Below are positions 59,255 through 64,000 of a stretch of 64,000 nucleotides of DNA, one piece after another. Both the position numbers and the translations under genes were made by a program. Source of the stretch: Candidatus Cloacimonadales bacterium (lineage in GTDB: Bacteria > Cloacimonadota > Cloacimonadia > Cloacimonadales > JAIOQZ01); contig OY762463.1 in assembly GCA_963665815.1 (NCBI GenBank), positions 2,400,001 through 2,464,000 of the forward strand. The letters run 5' to 3'. The notes below the pieces were generated by a model, which saw only the letters and a list, made by a program, of their open reading frames with translations, made no database searches and had not been told where the DNA came from. How positions within the stretch are numbered: the stretch's first letter is position 1; each line of letters starts with the position of its first letter.

Positions 59255-59725
59255 ATGTGCAGAACAAAGCTAAAATACTTTGATGATATTAAGGATACTG
59301 ACAAAAGAAAACTGTACAGCTACATCCATAATGTACATCTTGAGTCAGTAAAACTAACTCAAATCCGACAGTTTAACAAAGAAATCGATGACTGGATGAG
59401 CAGATCACAATCAGAGTACTTCGGAATATTCGCGAAAGATGAACTGGCAGGAACAATCAGTTTATCCAAACAGCACATAGAAGAAGGCTATGCCAGTATT
59501 GGATACGAGATATTCCCGGAGTTTCGTAGCATGGGAATTGCGACTGAAGCATTTACCTTAATGCTGGATATTGCCGGATCGAGAGGCTTCAAGTTTGTAA
59601 AAGGCAAGGTACGCAATGATAATGAATACTCTCTGCGAATCTGGCAAAAGCATAATGCACAATCAATAGAGCTGGCTGATGGGATGCTGGAGATGAGGGT
59701 TGAAATAAAGGAGAAAAAATGTTAG
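59255..59725 (+). CDS. GNAT (RimJ/RimL-like) N-acetyltransferase
   Basis: IGYEIFPEFRSMGIATEA and N..S.R motifs. ATG 59255 follows AAGGA. Confidence 0.88.
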   Translation: MCRTKLKYFDDIKDTDKRKLYSYIHNVHLESVKLTQIRQFNKEIDDWMSRSQSEYFGIFAKDELAGTISLSKQHIEEGYASIGYEIFPEFRSMGIATEAFTLMLDIAGSRGFKFVKGKVRNDNEYSLRIWQKHNAQSIELADGMLEMRVEIKEKKC

Positions 59726-60093
59726 TAAATAATCCGGTTGGATATTTTGAGATTCCGGTAGATGATCTGGAACGAGCAGTAGAATTCTACTCAGCTGTTT
59801 TTGATATAGATTTTATCTTTCAGACAGTGGACAATATTGAAATGGCTTTCTTTCCGTTCGATTCCTCCAAATCAGGAATTACCGGAGCACTGGCAAAAGG
59901 TGAAATTTATAAGCCTACAATCAAGGGTGTATTGATCTATTTCAGTGTTGAATCTATTGATGATGTTCTACAGAAAGTAAAAGATAGCAAAGGGGAGATG
60001 CTCTATCCTAAGACTTCTGTCGGAGAATACGGATTTGTTGCTGAGTTCAAGGATTCGGAAGGAAACAGAATCGGGTTGAATGAGAAGCTATAG
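59719..60093 (+). CDS. VOC/glyoxalase-family protein
   Basis: YFEIPVDDLERA..FY and F.DSEGNRIGL motifs. Confidence 0.93.
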   Translation: MLVNNPVGYFEIPVDDLERAVEFYSAVFDIDFIFQTVDNIEMAFFPFDSSKSGITGALAKGEIYKPTIKGVLIYFSVESIDDVLQKVKDSKGEMLYPKTSVGEYGFVAEFKDSEGNRIGLNEKL

Positions 60094-60293
60094 CTGCTTC
60101 AGATAACAATTATATTCCTCTTCACTGTTAAACCAGAGAATGCATCAGTATGAATCATAACCGCATTCTTTCAGAGCAGCACTCCATTCAGATAAAAAGT
60201 TGCATCAGGTCCTATTGTGACAGTCCGTTTGAGTCCATTGCATCAACATCGTTTCCTGACATGTTTGCAGTAATTATTCTATTGCATTTGTAA

Positions 60294-61208
60294 TTAAGAT
60301 AAAATCCCTGTCTGCTTCAATCTGATCTCAGAAATCCTCTGTCTTGATTCAGCAGTCAGCATTTCGCGGAAAGACATGAATGCACCTGTAACCCAATATC
60401 CACTCCCTGATTCTTTCAGGTATTTTTCCGGTAACATGTTATTGTTTGCCACATAAACATTATGAAGCAGCTTCTGAGCATTCTTGAATCTTTTGGTTTT
60501 TTTAGCTTCATCAAAGTTTGAGTACAAAATCAGCCTTGGTAAGATTGTGTTTGATTCGAAATTTGTCTCCTGCAGATCATCCGAGATATGACATGACCAC
60601 CCACAGGCATAGACTCTTTTTTTATTTATGAAATATGAATATCCATAACCTTTTACGACTTCTTTTTGATAAGAGTCCTGCATTAAAGACTTAATAATTT
60701 TGTTAATACTTTGAGAATAAGTTTTGTCTGCCTTCAGAACAGCATTCATCAGATATACATCGTGGATTGTGGGCAAGGGGCAGATTCCAACCCAGGGATC
60801 AAAGATTGGGTTCAATACAGGCATATCATAATACTTTTTCGGTACTTTCAGTTTTTTCTTCTCGTCTTCTGAAAGGTAATAATCTGCACCGTTCTTACTG
60901 GCAAAGGAAAACACCTTCTGCAATCTGGATTCAGCAAATTCCATTGCTATATCTTTCCCGGGAAGATCAAATGTAATCAAGTATATTGATGCAAGAGTAT
61001 TAGTAAGAAGCTGGAATCCCTCATTCTCAAAACCTTTCTTTTTCTGTAAAACATCTCTCAGAGAGTTCTCAATTTCTACAGGAAGAAAAGGTTCAAGGTG
61101 ATCTATTGCAGCATAAATCTTGTTTTCCAGTGAGTTCCTGTTTGAATGATGAACAGGATAATCCTTGTCGAACAGAAATGTGTTTAGATATGTGTTCGTG
61201 TTTTTCAC
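60294..61208 (-). CDS. Hypothetical protein
   Basis: 304-aa ORF; GTG start with AAGGAG RBS; TTGACA-N17-TACATT upstream. Confidence 0.7.
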   Translation of the reverse strand: MKNTNTYLNTFLFDKDYPVHHSNRNSLENKIYAAIDHLEPFLPVEIENSLRDVLQKKKGFENEGFQLLTNTLASIYLITFDLPGKDIAMEFAESRLQKVFSFASKNGADYYLSEDEKKKLKVPKKYYDMPVLNPIFDPWVGICPLPTIHDVYLMNAVLKADKTYSQSINKIIKSLMQDSYQKEVVKGYGYSYFINKKRVYACGWSCHISDDLQETNFESNTILPRLILYSNFDEAKKTKRFKNAQKLLHNVYVANNNMLPEKYLKESGSGYWVTGAFMSFREMLTAESRQRISEIRLKQTGILS

Positions 61209-61431
61209 TCTTACTCCTTGTTATAATCAGTTACTATATAAAACTATAACAATGATCTGAATGTAAATATATGGTTAATAAGTGTCAAATAAACAATCAT
61301 ATTTTATTTTGGAATACACAATACTAATTTTGGTTTATTCAGGATAAAAAACCGACCCTTAGCTGGGTCGATAAGATAAAACGCAACTAATCTTGCAATT
61401 CACTATAACAAACTTAGATAAGTGATTGATT

Positions 61432-62226
61432 TTAGAAAGAGAATGATGTAATTATTGCTAACCCTCCCTGTGATTTTGTGAGGTATCTGATTTCCGTCTC
61501 ACCTTCTGGGAGCGGTTCATTTTCTTTAATATCTTTACCAAGCTCTTTCTGTTTGGAATCAACCATCCAGCCTATACCGATGTTGAATGTATTATCAGTT
61601 TTTTTATTGCGAAATCCGAACATAAGACCTCCACCGGCTCCATCTAAATGTCTGAAATCTTCCGTGGCAATAGCAACGAATGGTCCCCAGTGAAATGTTT
61701 CTTCCTGGAATCCAAACTTCCCTACAGTTTCATTGTTATAAAAACCAGAGGGAGCGGCAAAAAAGTAATGAGTTTCAGCTAATAATCTTACACCGACATT
61801 TGATTTTTCTTTTACCCTAACCAGCCCGTTTACTACCTCTGCTTCCTCTACTCTGTTGGAATTTACATCAAGAATCCATGAAACGCCTACACCCCAATTC
61901 AAACCTGCGAACTTTTTCAGCACTTCTTCTTTAGCGTTTTCTTTTACTTCTGCCTTTTTGGTTTCATCTTCTGCTTTCTTTTCTACTTTTGCTAATTGAT
62001 TTTTAGCTAATGTCTTGGCTAATTCGAATCTTGCTTCTTCAATTTTTTTCTGCAGCTGCTGAGTTTTGTTTTCAGCCCCTTCTTCTGCAGATTCTTCAGT
62101 TCCCGTCTTACTGATATTAACCGATTTGTCCAGTATCATTTTTGCATAATCATCTATGCTTATATTTAATTCTGCCATCAGGACACCCATTGAAATTAAT
62201 AAAACAACTGCTATACTTACTTTCAT
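61432..62226 (-). CDS. Secreted / outer-membrane protein (coiled coil plus beta-rich domain)
   Basis: GGAGG RBS; signal peptide; amphipathic beta strands; ends in SFSF (BAM-type terminal Phe). Confidence 0.65.
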   Translation of the reverse strand: MKVSIAVVLLISMGVLMAELNISIDDYAKMILDKSVNISKTGTEESAEEGAENKTQQLQKKIEEARFELAKTLAKNQLAKVEKKAEDETKKAEVKENAKEEVLKKFAGLNWGVGVSWILDVNSNRVEEAEVVNGLVRVKEKSNVGVRLLAETHYFFAAPSGFYNNETVGKFGFQEETFHWGPFVAIATEDFRHLDGAGGGLMFGFRNKKTDNTFNIGIGWMVDSKQKELGKDIKENEPLPEGETEIRYLTKSQGGLAIITSFSF

Positions 62227-62536
62227 ACTATACCTCCAAAGATATTTCTTGTTTGTTTCAAGGCACGCTACATATCGATATTAATGTTCTGGCAATCCAA
62301 ATTTTTTTTACTGCAACTTGTTCTATATTATTCTCTAAAAAATCGATACAGTATAGAACATAGTTTACAATACTTTGGATGTAGACGAAAATATGTCAAT
62401 TCAAAAATGAGTAATACTCATAAAAAAGATGTTAGCAATTAGTAAAGAATTTACATGATGCAGGAATTTGATTTTCAGAGGATATTCAAAAAATGTTGTT
62501 TGAAGAGCTATTGAATTGATTCTTTAGGTGTCTTCG

Positions 62537-63496
62537 TCATTTACTAACAGTTTTAATTAATTCTATATCCCCTGTTGCATTATCGAAAACCATTTGCTGC
62601 ACAGTTAGTTTCATCATAACATTTTTGTCCTGCAGAATTTTGAAGCATTCTTCAGCATTTGACGGTAACTTATGTTGCAGTAACTCACTCACTCGTTCAA
62701 ATCTTCCACAAGATGTTTCCTGTAATACACTTTCACTTTCTGAACTGTTTTCAAGCAGTTTATAGTCGTTTGCAACAACAATGAATCCATTAACAAAATC
62801 TCTCGTTGCAAATCTTGTTGGTGTTCTTTCAATGACATACATTTCATCAGACTTAGTTCCGGATAATAGTAAGAGACAATCACTCGCGATAGTTGTACTC
62901 TTGAGCGTCTCCCTTGCTTGCTTAAACGAATCGCAAGTGCTTAGAACATCTCTCAAAAGGAATGAAACAGGCGTAGCTAATTCCGGACTGTCTTTGCTCA
63001 GCACTGCGTTAAGAGTTAAGGAGAAGCAGCCTGGTCTTGTACCCGAGAGAGCTCCGATAAACCCGGGCCATCCTACAGTTTTGAATATGGTCTTACCGTT
63101 TTTCCGGAAGTCGAATATTGCGGAATGTTCACTTAATAGATTGTTATCAGTCCACCAGTCCAGATTTCTTGAATGGAGTATTTTTCCGTTTGAATTGACA
63201 GCAAAAGCAGTACACCCGAAATAAAACTTCAGTATATCGTAATATAGATTAGCAGACAGTACCTGATCCGGAGTGAACTTCGAAATTGAGGCAATATAAT
63301 CTATTTCTTCGAGATATTCTTCCGAAATCACTTCCTGTTTCAGGCTACTGATCCCTTCAAAGATGAATTCTTCATCATCAAAATCATTCAGGTAGCACTG
63401 TAGCAAATCATTCAGATCATTTCTGCAGTTACTTAAAAAGCTCCATCTTTCATACGGTGGAAGATCAAGATTTACTATGTGTTCGTTGTTTTTCAT
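62537..63496 (-). CDS. Ntn-hydrolase, acid ceramidase/NAAA-like (C45 / linear amide C-N hydrolase clan)
   Basis: VNLDLPPYERW, GCTAFAV (catalytic Cys), HSRNLDW and WPGFIGALSG motifs. Confidence 0.85.
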   Translation of the reverse strand: MKNNEHIVNLDLPPYERWSFLSNCRNDLNDLLQCYLNDFDDEEFIFEGISSLKQEVISEEYLEEIDYIASISKFTPDQVLSANLYYDILKFYFGCTAFAVNSNGKILHSRNLDWWTDNNLLSEHSAIFDFRKNGKTIFKTVGWPGFIGALSGTRPGCFSLTLNAVLSKDSPELATPVSFLLRDVLSTCDSFKQARETLKSTTIASDCLLLLSGTKSDEMYVIERTPTRFATRDFVNGFIVVANDYKLLENSSESESVLQETSCGRFERVSELLQHKLPSNAEECFKILQDKNVMMKLTVQQMVFDNATGDIELIKTVSK

Positions 63497-63588
63497 TAGA
63501 TTTTCCTGGTGTTTTTATTGTTATGGATGCAATGTTATACTATTCCGTTTTGTCTGGTTATGTATTTATGTTGATACCGGAGATTGCT

Positions 63589-64000
63589 TTACTCATCTTC
63601 ATAAGAAAAATAATATGGGTTATGACAAACAATTTCGATCATTATTCTATCCGGACATTCGAAAAGAATGCAATAATATCCACGCCTGTAGCCTAACTCA
63701 ACTTTTCCTTCGCCTAAGGGTTTAATATTTAATGATAGCAGATGTGCTTCCATATCATCAACAATCTCGTTTGAGGTTACAGAAATAGCGAAATGAGAAA
63801 GACCGACTGCTTTTCTATGATATTTATTTTCCAGATACTTACTGTCTGTCGGACACAGGACAATAACGAAGTTTGTACCGTTTGTCAAACGTGCATATTC
63901 ACCTGATACCTTATCGGCAACTTTAAAACCCAATGGAGCTAAAACCTGCAGATAGAACTCTATTGATTTATCTAATTCTGTAACATTTAGTTGTATGTGA
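63589..64000 (-). CDS. VOC/glyoxalase-family protein (5' end beyond the window)
   Basis: Frame is open to the window edge: HIQLNVTELDKSIEFY...GLSHFAI...FECPDRIMIEIV. Confidence 0.88.
   Translation of the reverse strand, partial: HIQLNVTELDKSIEFYLQVLAPLGFKVADKVSGEYARLTNGTNFVIVLCPTDSKYLENKYHRKAVGLSHFAISVTSNEIVDDMEAHLLSLNIKPLGEGKVELGYRRGYYCILFECPDRIMIEIVCHNPYYFSYEDE

Noticed and set aside
56998-59575. Diversity-generating retroelement template/variable repeat pair
   Set aside because: Mismatches are not adenine-specific in either copy, many are synonymous, the target is mid-gene, and no reverse transcriptase is in the window.
60150-60265. Possible ankyrin-repeat gene remnant on the minus strand (SGNDVDAMDSNGLSQ*DL)
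   Set aside because: Too short and interrupted by stops to support without a database search.
435-63725. Many short antisense or overlapping ORFs in the track (e.g. 435-716, 6570-7130, 8993-9439, 11159-11713, 22180-22620, 62781-63224)
   Set aside because: They are shadows of well-supported genes on the other strand or frame, with no RBS or family motifs.
1-64000. CRISPR array, tRNA, rRNA, integrase or transposase genes
   Set aside because: No regularly spaced repeats, cloverleaf or rRNA-like sequence, or recombinase motifs were seen by eye.

Overview
Low-GC (roughly 35%, estimated by eye) chromosomal window from an anaerobic diderm bacterium. A PorV-like gene, FlgD-Ig-type C-terminal sorting domains, the yggT-divIVA-PNP-dksA-lspA order and a receiver-PPDK_N gene next to gdhA point to the FCB superphylum, probably Candidatus Cloacimonadota (inference). 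Bases 1-12.4 kb are a minus-strand housekeeping run (acyP, LysM-M23, MerR, sigma70, ptb, rlmH, cdd, trxB, tdk, yggT, divIVA, PNP, dksA, lspA, a secreted OB-fold/cohesin/FlgD protein, a partial porV-like gene). The rest is largely accessory. It contains two structured non-coding elements at 12.8-13.4 kb (one is a 6S-RNA-like candidate), an Ig-like lipoprotein and an ABC-2 system with two permeases. A Gabija-like defence cassette (gajA frameshifted) is bounded by REP-like inverted repeats and a degenerate direct repeat. An ArsR / Cys-rich / His-rich module carries three visible operators. An unannotated 59-aa peptide gene lies in a divergent cluster with an ABC exporter and several beta-propeller lipoproteins. 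There is also a soluble hybrid-kinase trio, two stand-alone FlgD-Ig-like proteins and gene remnants. I saw no tRNA, rRNA, CRISPR array or intact transposase.
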